A program made the position numbers and the translations under genes. This document shows, piece by piece, positions 37,950-51,992 of a DNA stretch of 64,000 nucleotides. The stretch is from Camelus dromedarius (Eukaryota): NCBI RefSeq assembly GCF_036321535.1, contig NC_087436.1:66094001-66158000 (forward strand). The letters run 5' to 3'. Below the pieces are notes generated by a model that was given only the letters and a program-made list of their open reading frames with translations, was not told the origin of the DNA and made no database searches. Position 1 is the first letter of the stretch; each line of letters opens with the position of its first letter.

Positions 37950-40020
37950 TTACACAAAAAACACTTACAAATTTACATGCATAGGTTTATAGCAGCTTTA
38001 TTAACAATCACCAAAAATTAAGCAGTCAAGGCCCACTAAAATATGTGGCTAGGTAAAGAAATGGTAGCACATCCATACAATGGGATACCATTCAACAATT
38101 AAAGGGAAAGCACTATCAAGCAATCAAATACTTCAATGAGTCTTTAATGCATATTGCTAAGTAAAAGATATGGTCTTTTTATTTAGCATTGTATAATGTA
38201 GTATCGTCTATGATTCCATTTATATGATATTCTGGAAAAGCCAACACTGCAGGAAGCATAAAACAATCAGTGATTGCTAAGGGTTGTGGATGGGGGATTT
38301 GAGTAGATGAAACACTGGGAATCTATAAGGCATTGAAAGTATTCTGTGTTATTGTGCATAATAATTCAACATGGATATATGACACTATGCTACGGTAATA
38401 CCCTTAGAACTTTACAACACAAAGAGTGAATCCTAATAAATATAAATTTTAAAAAAATCATTGAAGAATGCAAAATAGTACAGCCATTTAGCAAGATAGT
38501 TTGGCAATTTCTTACAAAAACAACATATTCTTGCCATAAGATCCTGCAGTTGCACTTCTTGATATTTGCTTAAATGAGTTAAACTCATGTCCACACAAAA
38601 ATCTGAAAACAGTTGTTCATAGCTGCCAAAACTTGGAGGCAATCTAAATGTCTTTCTATAAGTGAATAGACAAACAAATGTGCTGTATCCAAACAACTGA
38701 GTATTATTCAGTACTAAAGAAATTAGCTATCAAGGTATGAAAAGACATGGAGAAACCTTAAATATATATGACTAAGTAAAATCTGAAAAGGCTATATACT
38801 GTATGATCTCAACTATATGACATTCTGGAAAAGGGAAAACCACGGAGACAATAAAAAAAAAATCAGTGATTTCCCATATTTGGTGGGAAAGGGAGATGAA
38901 TAGGCAACCACATAGGATTTTTAGGGCAGTGAAACTATTCTGTATGATACTATGATGGATATATGCCATTATGCATTTGTCAAACACATAGATGTGTAAG
39001 AACCCTAATGTAAACTATGAACTTTAAGTGATAGTTATCTGTCAGTGTAGGTTTATCCATTGAAACACATGTATAATTCTGGTGCTGATGTTGATAGTGA
39101 GGGTGGTTGTGCATGTGTGAGGGCAAAGGGTGTGTGGGAACTCTTTTTCTCAGTTTTTCTGTGAACTTAAGACTGCTGTAATATCTCTTTTAAAAAATCA
39201 TTGTGAAGTTCAGGGAATGCCAGATGGAAGTCAGCATGTGTCCAAAAAAAAAAGTTTTAACTCTATTACACATGTGTAAAACAACCTCCCTGAAGAGGAT
39301 GGGAAAAGGTACTTGATCTAAGAAACTTTGGAAATGAGTCAAGTCTGAAAGACTAAATACAAAAAGAATTACACAGAAGCATTGTACTATGGTTAATAAA
39401 CTTTTTGTCTCTAGGTACAGGTTAGCAATTCTGATGCTGCTATACATGCATACTACAATTAAACAATTAAGTAAAAAGAAGGCAGATGGTGAAAGCCAGA
39501 TTTCTCATTCCTGGAGTGGGAGTTTATAAATAAGCAAAGGGAGAAGTCTAGGATTATCTTCCACATGGTAGTAGATTATAGAGTTGGAGACATCAACATG
39601 AACTCATGTTTAGCTTAATACAGATACAAATGGTTATATATAGAAGTATTTATAGATATGTAGATATACACAGGTTGATAACAGACACATATTCCCTTCC
39701 TCTTTCAGCTGAGAGTGCTTAGAAGCACTGATACCCAGTAGCAAGGAGCATACTTATCATTCAGATCTTGGTTTCTAATACATTCTTTAATGTGAGGAGA
39801 CAGTTGATAGTATTCACCCTTGATAGGTTGTGATGAAAACCGCACTTTATCTCTGTGGTCTTCCACCAAAACCACACAATCCAATCTAATCAAGAGAAAA
39901 AACTTATCAAATATAAGATGTCCATGCTAGTGCAAACTGTGTGAGAGATATATGGGGAATCTGTACTATCTTCAGAAATTTTCTGTAAACATGAAAATGT
40001 TCTGAAAATCATTTATTAAA
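37950..40020 (+). mobile_element. Cluster of L1MC-type 3' ends
   Basis: gtttatagcagctttatt, tatgattccatttatatgatattctggaaaag, atactgtatgatctcaactatatgacattctggaaaagg, aaccctaatgtaaactatgaacttt. Confidence 0.8.
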
Positions 40021-40029
40021 ATACTTATT

Positions 40030-40290
40030 TTGTATTTTAATTATGTGGAGAATGAATTAGAGCACAGATGGAGAAGAGACAAAAGAGGCTGCTGTAATAA
40101 TCCATGTACCAGATGATAGTGGTCTGTCTTAGGAAAATACCAATAAAGATGGAAAATTGTAAATATATTCCAGAATATTCAGGAATTAGAGTAAAAGTGA
40201 CTAGTTATTGACTAGGGTAGAGTGTCAGAGAGTCAAGGATTGCATGCAGATTTTGGTGACTGAGTGAATAGTATGGCATTCATATTTTAA
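40030..40290 (-). mobile_element. L2 fragment
   Basis: tgtggagaatgaattagag...gaggctgctgtaataatccatg...gagagtcaaggat. Confidence 0.65.
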
Positions 40291-43200
40291 GTGGGGTTTT
40301 ATGCTTTAAAAAGAAATGCATTCAAATAGTTGCCTTAATATTAAGCAAGTTAAGCCCAACAGCAGATGAATGTTTGGCCAAGGTCTTTGGTTTTATAGTA
40401 GGTTTATACCAGGTTTACCTCTGTCATGAACAAAACTCAAATATTAGGTAATTTTTTCAAAACTGCTTTCCCTCATTGAGATGGTAAGTATATTTTAAAA
40501 TTGTTTTCCCATTTAAATATTCATACATGGTTTGAATCTTTGTGATTCTTAGATAATAATAAATAAAAATTCAAATGGAATACAAAATCATTTTAATGAG
40601 CCGTGGAGACTGAGTATTTCTTAGACTTTATGTGAGATGGTATAATAAATGATTGAAATGTTAAGTACAGTCTACTTTCCCTCAAGTGTAAGTTTAGATT
40701 AAAATATGAGGAGATAAAACTAACACTATCTGCACTCTATAATGACACATGCCCCTTACTACAGATTTAATACATTAATGCTATTTTTTCAGTATTATGT
40801 ATATTGATCTATTTTAATGGCACAATGTCTTGACTATTATTCCATTTCATAAACATTAGGTCCATTTTCTGACCCAAACAAAAACATCCAAACCAAATTT
40901 GATTTTATTATAAAATAAATGATTTAGTTAATCATTTGAATCTCAACTAATTCCTTCAAATTAGCTTTTGTCAATAGACATCTCTGGCACAGAACTAGTG
41001 AAAACATACTACTGTTATGGTGGAAAAAAATGAAACCTCCCTTCAATTTAAAAAAAAAGCTCTACAGCTGATAAGCTATAAAGCTAATAATATCATTAAA
41101 CACATGGCTCTCATTTCCTGAGTTTTAAGCTATTTTGTTAACATTTTTTAGTGAAATGGATACATCAATACCATATAGATATTTTGTATGTCACAGCTCT
41201 TTGACAATAGCTGGACTTGCAGATGTGTTTTTTGATACTACATTTTAAAAAAATTTTTTGCTTTAGGGAGTGATGAACTCTCAGTTGTAAAGCTGACGTC
41301 AGCAAACTCTACTACTTTGATCTTCATAAGGTTATGCCTTGAAAATTAATGGGACAACTACATATGAAATCAAAATCAATTTACTATTTTCTACAGTGGG
41401 GCAAGAATGAATTATCCAATATAAAATGTGGAACACTATAAAGGCTGCAATCTTATCTCACTATTACGTTTTTTTAATAAACTTCATGCTTTTTTCTTGC
41501 AGTTTATGACATCAAAGGGACTCTTCTGTAAAATTACAGCAATAAATTTCACCTTATGCTGGACAGATTTTACTTCTTTTCTCTCTATCTGTCATCTTGT
41601 GTTGAAAATAATCAGGACACGACAAAATTGATTAAAGATTTATTTTGCCTTCATGAAATACAATAACTGCCTTACTTAGTTTAAAAAAAAGTCAATGTAA
41701 AAGTAGAGCTAAGTTTATATCAAGTTTCTACTATTTATCACCACTCAGAGATAAGTGATATTAAGGTAAACTAAAATAGTTGCCTTTATTATCACTGAAT
41801 ATTTAATTCCTTGTAGTCCAAGATAAAGTGGATTTCTTTATTACTACTGGCATTTGGCAAAAGTTGTTAATCAGTTATAAAAAAAAAATGCATTGTTTAC
41901 TACCATCTGCTGTCACATCTGTTTCACAAATACATGTCTCCAAAGAGATTATATATAGTTTGAATATAGAACAGATACTTCTAATATATTTTTAAATGCT
42001 AAAGAATTCTTTTCAAAATATATAACACCTGAATTTTCAGGATTTTTGTCAGAACACTAAAAAAAATTATTACTATTATTATTATTATTATTTTACAAAT
42101 TGCTATTTTACCTGTTTCTTCCAAGAACATTGACATCTAATCATTTTTATTACTCATTATCTAATTAAGTTTATTATTTTCCTAAAAATTGACTCCCTAT
42201 AAAAATTAGTTTCCTCCAATGTGCAGTGTTTGTATTTCTGTTTTCCCATCTCACTTATCATCATTGAGAAGATCATTCCCAAATGTGTATTCTTACACTT
42301 GCTTACCTATTTATATAACTTTTTACACCTATCTTTCTTTTTAATACTATCCCTGTCAAATTCTGACATCTCTAGAATAAGGGTATGAATATGAACCTCA
42401 TCTTTCCTCTAAAATAAGCTTTCTTCTGTGTTTTCCTATGTTACCTTTCATAATTTGTTAACTTCTTACTTGTACTCAGACCAAAATAACAAACCCTTAT
42501 TTATTCCCCATAACTTTGGTCACTAAATACTATTACTAAGCCTTGGTCACTAATACTAGTAAAAGCTAATATCACGCAATGTTTCTCACCTTCAATAATA
42601 CTGCTCCCATTCTTGGAGTTTTACCTGCCTCCCACCTGTTCTCTGTGCCTCCTGTTTTTTAGTTCTATAACTCGGTTATTACCACAATCACACGGCTCTT
42701 TATAATAGTTTATTTCCCTCTTCTGCTTCAAAACCTCCAGTAAAAAAAACTCACTTTTTATTCTATTTAAAGTTCTTCATATTAAGACTCTGTTTCTTTC
42801 TGATTTCTCACTCTTTTGACTAAAATGACAGAGGAGATACACTCTTTCTCTCTCTATATGTATATAGTTTTGGTTTTTCTCTGCTATAAGGATATTTAAT
42901 TCTTTATCCTGCAAGCATTCCATTGTCAACCTAACAGTTCACCACATGAAACTGCATATTTCCTTTTCTTCCACACCCAGAATATCTTATATCTGTTACA
43001 ACCACTCTCTTAAATTCCTGCTTTGTTTTATATACTGTTGAATTCACTCCTACAGAGAGATTTAATAGATATCCACAGAACAGCAGTCCTCTGTAATTCT
43101 ACCACAAAAAAGCAGGATATTGCAGACCATGGAGTAATGCATATACTAGCCAGACAAGAGCTTATTATGTTAACAAACACTCATTAGGGAGATTTATTTC

Positions 43201-44809
43201 AAAATAAATCACTGCGTTTTAAAAATTAGATAATTGTCTTCAGGATTTGCGGGATGGCCACCAGTTCTGAGATCTCTATATGATACAATCTACATCTCCC
43301 ACATAAGTGACACTTCCATAGTTAATCCATAATGTTGGCCTACAAAATCTTGGATTATAAACCCCCAAATTTCTTCTACTGTGTCCTCACCCAACCCCTT
43401 CTCTCAAAAATTTCTGATCAACTTATATCCTTGCTAAATATGACTGCTTTGTCATTCACATTCATCCAAGCATCCCCTCATATCCTCTCTTCTCTACATG
43501 ATCCCTCTACCCATTTTACCTTTGTCTCTACTATGAGGACACTGCTTTTCCTTTGGCATTATCAAATTGGCTATTTTACTCTGACTCATTACCTAGTATA
43601 TGTCCCAGAGGTTGGGTGTGGACCCTTTTAACTCCTCATGGCTATGTTCACAGCACTTCTCAGAGGTGAAAAGATGGGAACTAATATTGCAGTTAAGTTG
43701 TCTCTATTTAGAACATTAACATAATGTAGAAATTAATAATTGTTGTCTCTGTTAGTATTGTACAAGACTCGTTCTGGAATAACTCAATCATATCAAGTGT
43801 TACTTTGTCCTTAAAGTCTTAAACATAAAGCTGAACAGAGCTTCAAAAGGCTGTATATTAAGATTTTCTGCAATGTCAATGCCTGTCTACAAAATCTGCT
43901 GAATGAGAAATGTCCATGCACTCTATTTGGATCTTTCAGTGTCTTCAAGGATTGTTAATGAAATTAATCATTATGTAATATGGTGGGGTTTTTTTCCATT
44001 AGTAATTACAATGTTTGAGTGACCCTGATGCTTCAACAGAAATGCCATGAAATTTAAAACTGTCTTTAAAAAATCTGAATATTCAAAGGACCTCAAATTT
44101 AGAACCAATTCAAAATTTGTAGTTCTTTAGAGCGTTTTAGTAGCAGGCAAGTTTGATAGAGTGTAGAATGTGAATTGAAAAAGCAGATAAGATTTACATG
44201 TCTGTAAAGCTTATTACAGAAATAGGCTCATGGTGTTCCATTAAGAAGCAACACTTGCTTTTGTTTAAATTCCAGTTTGCATGAGTAAATTTAATCTATT
44301 GAGCAACTAATCCAGTAACATGCATTTGTATGAAATATAACACATGAAAACTAATTATGGAAAATGTTGGCTCTGAAATATGCATGTCTCTGTGAAGTGT
44401 TCTTCATCTTGAAACAAATATGTTCTTGGTAAAATGATGTTTCATGATTATATTTTAAAAAGAAATTTTACAGATGTCATCTATTCTCATTTTAATTTTA
44501 TTCTCATTTTTAGTTTTTAAATTAAATAAGGTGATTTTTCCCAAGAAAATTAACATAATTGTACACCACTGTAAAAGTGGAAATAATTTTTTTCTTAAAA
44601 TCCAATAAAACAACTTGCATATCTGAATAACAGTACTCATTTCTATCCAAATAAAAATAGGCAGGTATAACTGGTTTTAAACAAAGCCCTACTCTGTACA
44701 GGAATCTGAGGCTTTAGAAAATAGAAAAAAATATATATATATATTTATATAACTGATTAAATTTAAGGATTAAATGAACTTACTTGTGTGACTTAAAATA
44801 TATTTAGTG

Positions 44810-45885
44810 CAGCATAAAAATCCTCTTTGGCTCCGTTTTTGCCCTTTAGGCCCACTAGGGCTGTGGTTTTACCCCTGTAACTCTGCTGGGTAGGTGTCCT
44901 GCTCCCAGGCAGGGGTAGACCTCCCCCAGTGGCTTGAGGCAAGATCGCTTGGTTTACTGAAAGCAAGGCAAATGACTCCCTCTTTTGTAGCAAGGAGCCC
45001 AGTCCTGATGATCTCTGAATTGCCTTTAGAGGTCATTCTTCCCTTGTGCACAAGAATAGATCACCTTTACAAGCCAAACAGCTCTATAGTCCTGTCCTGT
45101 AAAATCCAAAATGTCTGACAACCTTCCTTCATTCCTTCTGATTTCCTTTCCATTCATTCAAACTGGCAGTTTTCCTGCTGGGATGCTGATTAAAGTTCCT
45201 TGTGTACACCCATACTAATTTTTATCAAATAGTTGCTTGCTCATATTCTTAATGTTCTCTTCTGAACGTTCTTTCATGTTTTGCAATATGGACAGGCTGA
45301 GGATTTCTGAATTTATGTTCTAGTTCCTTTTTGCTTAACAATTCTGTCTTAAAGTTATGTCTCTTTTCTCATATTTTACTATAAGCAGACAGGAGGAACC
45401 ATGCCCACTGCTCCTTCAACACTTGGCTTAGAAATCTCTTCAGCTGAATACCCAATTTCATTTCTCACAAGTTCCACCTTCCACAAAACACTAGAACAGG
45501 GACATATTTCAGCTAAGTTTATTTATTTATTTATTTATTTATTTTACCACGTTACAGAAAGTATTGCCTGTCTTCTAGTTTTCAATAACATGCTCCTCAT
45601 TTCTATCTGAGACCTCAGCAAAATCTCTCTTAAAAACCATATTTCTACCACCATTCTGGGTTCAATTATTTATATATTCTCTAGGAAAATGGAAGCATTC
45701 TCTAGAGTTCTTCTTTGAGTCTTAACCAGAATTGCCTTTCAAACTCCTTTCACAGCAATATCAGATTTTTCTAGCATACGCTTCAGTAATACTCTTCGAG
45801 CCTCTACCCATTTTCCAGTTCCAAAGCTGCTTCCAGATTTGGGGATATTTGTTACAGCAGCACCCCACTTCTTGGTACCAATTTC
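44810..45885 (-). mobile_element. MaLR internal sequence (MLT1-int), 5' part
   Basis: Ends ..gttacagcagcaccccacttcttggtaccaatttc, the reverse complement of the MaLR internal start, directly abutting the LTR. Confidence 0.8.
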
Positions 45886-46217
45886 TGTCTTAGTTCAGGT
45901 TGCTATAATAAATTACCGTAGTTGGGCTTAAACAGCAAACATTTCTTTCTCATAGTTCTGGAGTCTGGGAAATCCCATCAAGGTGCTGGCAGATCTGATG
46001 TTTGACGAGCCCACTTCCTACCTGCAGACTGCCACTTCTTTTTGTATCCTATAGAGAGAGTAGCTCACTGGCCTCTTCTTTGGTGGGCACTAATTTTTTT
46101 CATGAGGGCTCTCCTCTCTTGACCTAATTATATCCCAAATACCCACCTCCATATACCATCACATTGGGGGTTAGATTTTAGCATATGAATTTAAGGAATG
46201 ACACGTTCAGTCTAACA
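45886..46217 (-). mobile_element. MLT1A/A0-like MaLR LTR (5' LTR of the adjacent internal)
   Basis: tgtcttagttcaggttgctataataaattacc...tctcatagttctggagtctgggaa...catcacattgggggttagattttagcatatgaattt...ttcagtctaaca. Confidence 0.85.
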
Positions 46218-47544
46218 GTCCTCAAGTCTCACCCACATAGTACATACTTTATGTTCCATCTGTTACTTATTCTGCAACCACATTAAAGGAATAAAATTTC
46301 TATCTCATTTGTGAAGCAGAAGAAAAGTGCATTGTAAAACCAAGGAAAAGCTTTTAAAGTTTCTGCTGCAAATAGCATAGCTCACTTTTTTTTTTTTTTT
46401 AACTTTTTTTGGCTAAAGCCAGTAACCAAAGATGGCCATGCCTACCTTAATGAGGTGTGGAAGTATACTTCTTCCTCAGTGTAGCATCAAGTCCCATGGC
46501 AATGGGTGGGATGTAGTAGTCTTTTTCCAGAGAGAGCAGAAAATAATTTATAAGTATATACAGTGATATTTGGGAGGATTAACATGTTTTTCTGATAACT
46601 GAGTCTTTTATTAAAAAGTTGAGTAATTTTTAAAATTTGTTCACATCTATTTTGTGTATCTTTGGAAGTTTTCTCATTTATGTTTCAAAAGAAATTGTCA
46701 CAATTTTATGTCCAGATATTTATCCTTTTAGTGTTATGTTAAGTAACACTTGTCTCCCATTATGTTTTTAATTTGAACCATTTTCAACGTATTTTTGTTA
46801 TTTACTTACTAATGAACAAAGATTTTTAAAAGACTTCAGTTTGGGAGGCAATATAAAGTGTGCAAAATTAATAAGAAAATGTCCTGTTTTTAAACAGCTT
46901 ATAATAATATAAGAGATAAAACGTATTCAGGTAGTGGCATTTCTAATGAAATTTAATATAGTAGGTGACAAAAATATAAAATAACTTGACTTTGAATGTG
47001 ATGAATTTAGGCCTATGTTGCTCTATTGAACAATTAATTTAATTGAGCTAAGTAGGTTTACACCATGTGGCTCCCTAATTATTCTCTGAATGTCTCTCTT
47101 GAACCAGAAGATCTCATTCAATAATATAAACGTGCATGTGAAAGAAAACTTTTCTCTGTCCAGTGGCATGTTGCTTAATATAGTTCTTCCAAATAAATAT
47201 AAGAGGTATAGACAAAATATTGCAGAACACAGATAAAAAAAGGTGATTAAATCTAATTGGATAGACACTGAAGTTTAAAGCTAAATGTTTTATTCTCAAT
47301 TTTAAGATAAGGTAGGATTTCAATTGTATTAGGTCATGAATGCACTAAAGCGGCAATGCTTGAGATTGCCAAAAATGAAACATGGTTTAATTTTTTTGGA
47401 GTATAGGTTCTTGAACAAAATGGTTATTATTTAAAAATTAAATATGTTTCATTAAAATGGAAGCCCTTAGAATTTGTTTTTAATACTTGATAGCCAAAAA
47501 AACTACAGTCCTGCAGAAATATTGGCACCAATACTACTAAATGA

Positions 47545-47760
47545 ATTTAGTATGCCAAACATTTTAATAAGTATTTTTCACATATCATCTTATTTAATAT
47601 TTAATAAACTCCTATGAAACAGCAGTAATTAATTTATGTTGAAGATTAGAAACCATGGGTTTAAAGAGTTTTCATAATTGACCCAAAGTTGAAAGGCTAG
47701 AAGCCAGAGCTTAAACTCTGGTCTGCTTTTTCCCAAGTAAAATACTACTATACCATTGTT
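47545..47760 (-). mobile_element. MIR SINE
   Basis: tatgccaaac...catatcatcttatttaat...aactcctatgaa...ttgacccaaagt...agaagccagagcttaaactctggtctg. Confidence 0.7.
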
Positions 47761-50700
47761 CAGGAAAAAGAAACTTTTGTGGGTACCTTATGTGTTTCAT
47801 CATTTGGAAGATGGTGAGGCTACAAGTTTGGAAACTGGCTACAAAGAAATAATATTTAAGAGATTATGTGATAATAACCTGAATTAGAAATGTTCAGTGA
47901 GATATTGGTTAAAGCCTTAAGAGTAAGTAAGTTTCCATATGATAAACAGTGTTAAATTCATATAATAATGTTATTTTAGTACTGCTGTTGTAAACAGATG
48001 CCAAACAGAAGATAAACAGACAGCATTGTATTATAAAGTTAGAGAATTTGTTAGAAAATTATAGAAGAAAAAATTGAAGACATCAATATTATGAAATTAT
48101 AAATATCATTTAACAAGTTTATAAATATCATTATTTTCATTCAGATAATGAACTTAAGAGTATATATTATAGGAAAAATATATTTTGCGATTTTTTGTTG
48201 TTGGCAAGTGCCAGTAAGTAAAGCTTTTTAGTGTAGAGTTGATATGCTTATATAATATCAAAGAAATCACACTTATTTTCCAATGATGACTTTTTCATTT
48301 TAATTTTAAATCATTTCTAACTGTACACATGTTTCTGATTTTACTGGGTTTATAATTGCAAAATATGTAAATAAAATAAAATCCTAATCCTATATTTGAA
48401 TTAAAAGTATTTTTGAAAAAAGTAATCAGATTGTTAAAGTAAGGGTTTATTGTGTAATTTTGGCTTTTGAAATAATGGCTAGAATATTTTTAATTAAAAG
48501 ACATAAAATGCAAGGTTTTACCTCAATTTAAAGATATTATCCAAGAAACACAAAATATTAAAATTAATATTGTGTGAATATATATAAAATATGGATTAAC
48601 ATATTGAAATATAACCATTTAAAATATTTACAGAATGATTAAATATACAGCAAATTTTATCACTATTAAGAATAACATTACAATAAAAAAGTAGTAGAAA
48701 TTAAGGAAAAAATTAATGACCATATTGGGCACATATGTGATTTTTTTTTAATTTACATTTTTTCCAGCCAGTTTTATTTCACATGCATTATATGTGAAAA
48801 TTCTTTCATTCAGCAACAATTCCAATCAACACATTTTTTTACTGATACTCTCTTTCAGACACTATTTTAAATATAGATACTAAGGATATAATATAAATAT
48901 TAACAATAGAAAAATGACTTCTGGTCACAGGGCTCTTCCATTCTAATACTATCACTATGACTCTTACACATTTAACTTGTATTACACAAATAAAATTTTA
49001 TCCTAATTCTTCATTAAAAATAATTAAAAATTAAAAATAATAAATTCCTCTCATTTCATTGTGATTTCATTTGATGACCAGTTTACATGATCTTACCATG
49101 TGTTTTAAATAAAACATGTTTAATATATGCAAAGAGAAATATAGCAATATTCAGTAAGGGAATTTTTATTCAGAGTGTGACACCTACTTTTACATTTTTC
49201 TTATCTTTCAAGATTAAAGAGTAACAGTGAAAAGTTTAAGAAATCCCCTCTAAATCTACTTTGTTTTTAATTTTAAAAAGTCCTGTTTAACAATTGAACA
49301 AAGCTTTTTAGCCTACACTGTAGAGAAAAGGCTATTTCATAATATGATGCAAATATTGGGAACTTTATTGCCTTAATATTATACATCAACTGTGTAAAAC
49401 AATGATGCTTTTACCATAAGCTAAAATATGTTGGATTTACATGTTCTCCCATGACATAATTTTAAATTGATGCTAAGTTTGGGTAGTTTTGCCAGTAAGG
49501 CTTGGCAATAGTATATACTTACGTTTGCTTTATAAACTCACTGAAATTGTAAGTTTTATGTCATCCTATTGCCTTAAAAATCTAATATCAAAACCTATTT
49601 TTGAAAAAAGGCTATGCAATAAAATATATGCTTTTGTAATTTCTATTAATATTTTATTCAAAATGTTTAAGTCATAAAGAATACTAGATGATAAAAAAAA
49701 GCTGTAAGGATGCATCAGTGAGAAAGAAAAAACACAATAAAAAAAATTCCTTATCTATACATAAATAATGGCCAAGCTGTTGTATCCTACAAGGAGAGGT
49801 CTTTTTGTAGATATTTTCTGACAGAATGAGAACATTCATGTTATCCCTGATTAGTTGAATAATGTCCCGTGGCATTTTCTTCATTGATGCAGCTTAGCAC
49901 TGACAGCCTCATTTACTGTTCATCCTGACCTTCCTTTTCCCTCTAACTACACCCCCTCCTGTAAAAAGCAGACTTAAAGAGATCAGTATGTTCCAAGATC
50001 TGAAAATAAAATGCAATTTTTTTCTAGCTTTACAATGTGAAAATGAGATCACTCTCATTAATATTCCCACCTACATTTTGCTGTTTAAACGTATGCTTTT
50101 CTAAAACAGCCATTAATTTTTAAACAAATTGACTACCCACCTAGGTAAGATTTTGATTTGGATAAAATTTAATTGAATTTTAAATATACTTTATTTTCAT
50201 TATATTTTTGTATATACAAACTGGATTTGTGTTCATTTTTTATATTTTAAATATATTTACTCAGTTTAATATATGGATAGCAAATATGGCTTTGAAGTAT
50301 GCAAGAAAAATATACGAAATTAATATTCACTTATTGATAAGCTAAACAATCTATTCAGAACATATCTTTTAATTTTCTGTTTACATCGTCTAATTATCAG
50401 GGGTCAAAATGGCAACTTTGAGAAACTAACATTTACGTATTAAAAGTAATAAGCACATTGTTTTCACCAATATGAAAAATGTTAGTATCTTGAGTTGTGA
50501 TGAAATATAGCCTGTTTTCTTAATGACATCATCTAATAAACATTGAGAACAAAGGATCTTTCTGTATAGTCTGAATAATTCAAAAAAATAGATAATATGG
50601 CCATATCAACAAGGGAAAGATAACCTAGTACATTTTCCAAAATGGGTTTCATGGTTGATTAGCTGTATTGAATGTTTCATGTATGGTATTACAGATTGTT

Positions 50701-51440
50701 TTTGTTTCTTGGTAAATTTAGAAAATACTGTATGAAACAAGCTTAAATGCATTTACTTTTTCCTGCTTGATTCGGCAGCAGTATTTAATGTGCATTATGA
50801 TTCTTTCATATTTCTAAAATTTAATGAACATAAAAATATTTTTCCCAGAGAATCTCATGGAACTAAATTTATAAGCAACATATTTTTGGGGAGAGATAAT
50901 GATTAAGTGTATCTTAGGATGCTTTAAAATTATAAAGAACAACCAAATATACTTAAATGGAAACTCAAGTGAGAGAATAATAGTTAGCATATAACTCAGA
51001 TAATTAATTTCCAAAATGGAATTTGCATATAACTTAAAATGTTTGAAAACAAATCAAAATTTCTAACAAGTAAATTTTAAATGTTTAAATTAGATCAATT
51101 TATAACCTCCTGATGGCTGTTGCAACTATCCCTTGACATCCATGAAGCTAGTGATTGACAGGAAAGGCAAACAGTAAGCAAGCAAAAATAAACAAGCAAC
51201 AACAAAGCCATCTAGGACTCACTTCCATCTCACAAACTCATGTGAGTGCATCTGCTTGCAAGAATTTAATATACATTTAGAATCCAACCTGCAAGAGGTA
51301 CTTAAAGCTTTCCAGACTCTGCAGTGAAGGGCACCCAGGAAAAGGGTGGAATGGATGAGGGAGAATATCCACTATATGGAAAACACCAATGACCAAGATT
51401 GGAAGTTCATTATCAAATGCAAATATAACAAAGGAAACAA

Positions 51441-51520
51441 TTAGGAGTTGAATTGTTACCCTAAAACTCATATATTGAAGTCCTAATTCCCAGAAACTCA
51501 GAATGTGGCTTTATTTGGTT
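51441..51520 (+). mobile_element. MLT1B-like LTR 5' fragment
   Basis: gttgaattgttaccctaaaactcatatattgaagtcctaattcccagaaactcagaatgtggctttatttgg. Confidence 0.7.
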
Positions 51521-51824
51521 TACATAATACCACCACAAAATTGTTTCAATATTTGCCTGATGCACTTATGATCTCAACAATACTGATTGCTAAAATTTAA
51601 AATAATGTTAAGAGTCATCTTGATAAATCAGATAAATACTATGACTAGATTGGGAAATAACTCACTAATGGTGAGGCAAAATAGACTTTGAAACTAAACA
51701 TATAAAATGCAAATCAAAGGTTTAGAAATCCTGAATGTATTTTTGACAGTTTATATCCAAGATTCTCATGAAATCCTCAAAAAAAAAAAAAAAAAAAAAG
51801 CTCAACAATCTACTGATGTAATGG

Positions 51825-51992
51825 AACTCATTTTCTGGCATTACTTAGAATCATCAGCTGAAGTTCTTAAGAATACAAACATTGAATCCTCACCAAATTA
51901 TATTGTGATAAGGTGTATTGAATCACGATACTATTATATCTATCTTTAGCAAACTTCTCAGATGTCTGAATTACATACTAAAAATTGAGAAA
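51825..51992. mobile_element. MER5-like hAT MITE remnant
   Basis: ttagaatcatcagctgaagttcttaagaatacaaa...aaacttctcagatgtctgaa...aaaattgagaa. Confidence 0.45.

Noticed and set aside
43120..43655. Possible ancient LTR
   Set aside because: Composition is suggestive, but termini, TSD and family could not be established
49684..49884. ORF MKKMPRDIIQLIRDN..
   Set aside because: Short, degenerates into low-complexity sequence, no recognisable homology
51281..51327. Possible terminal exon SNLQEVLKAFQTLQ*
   Set aside because: The acceptor lacks a pyrimidine tract and the peptide is unrecognised
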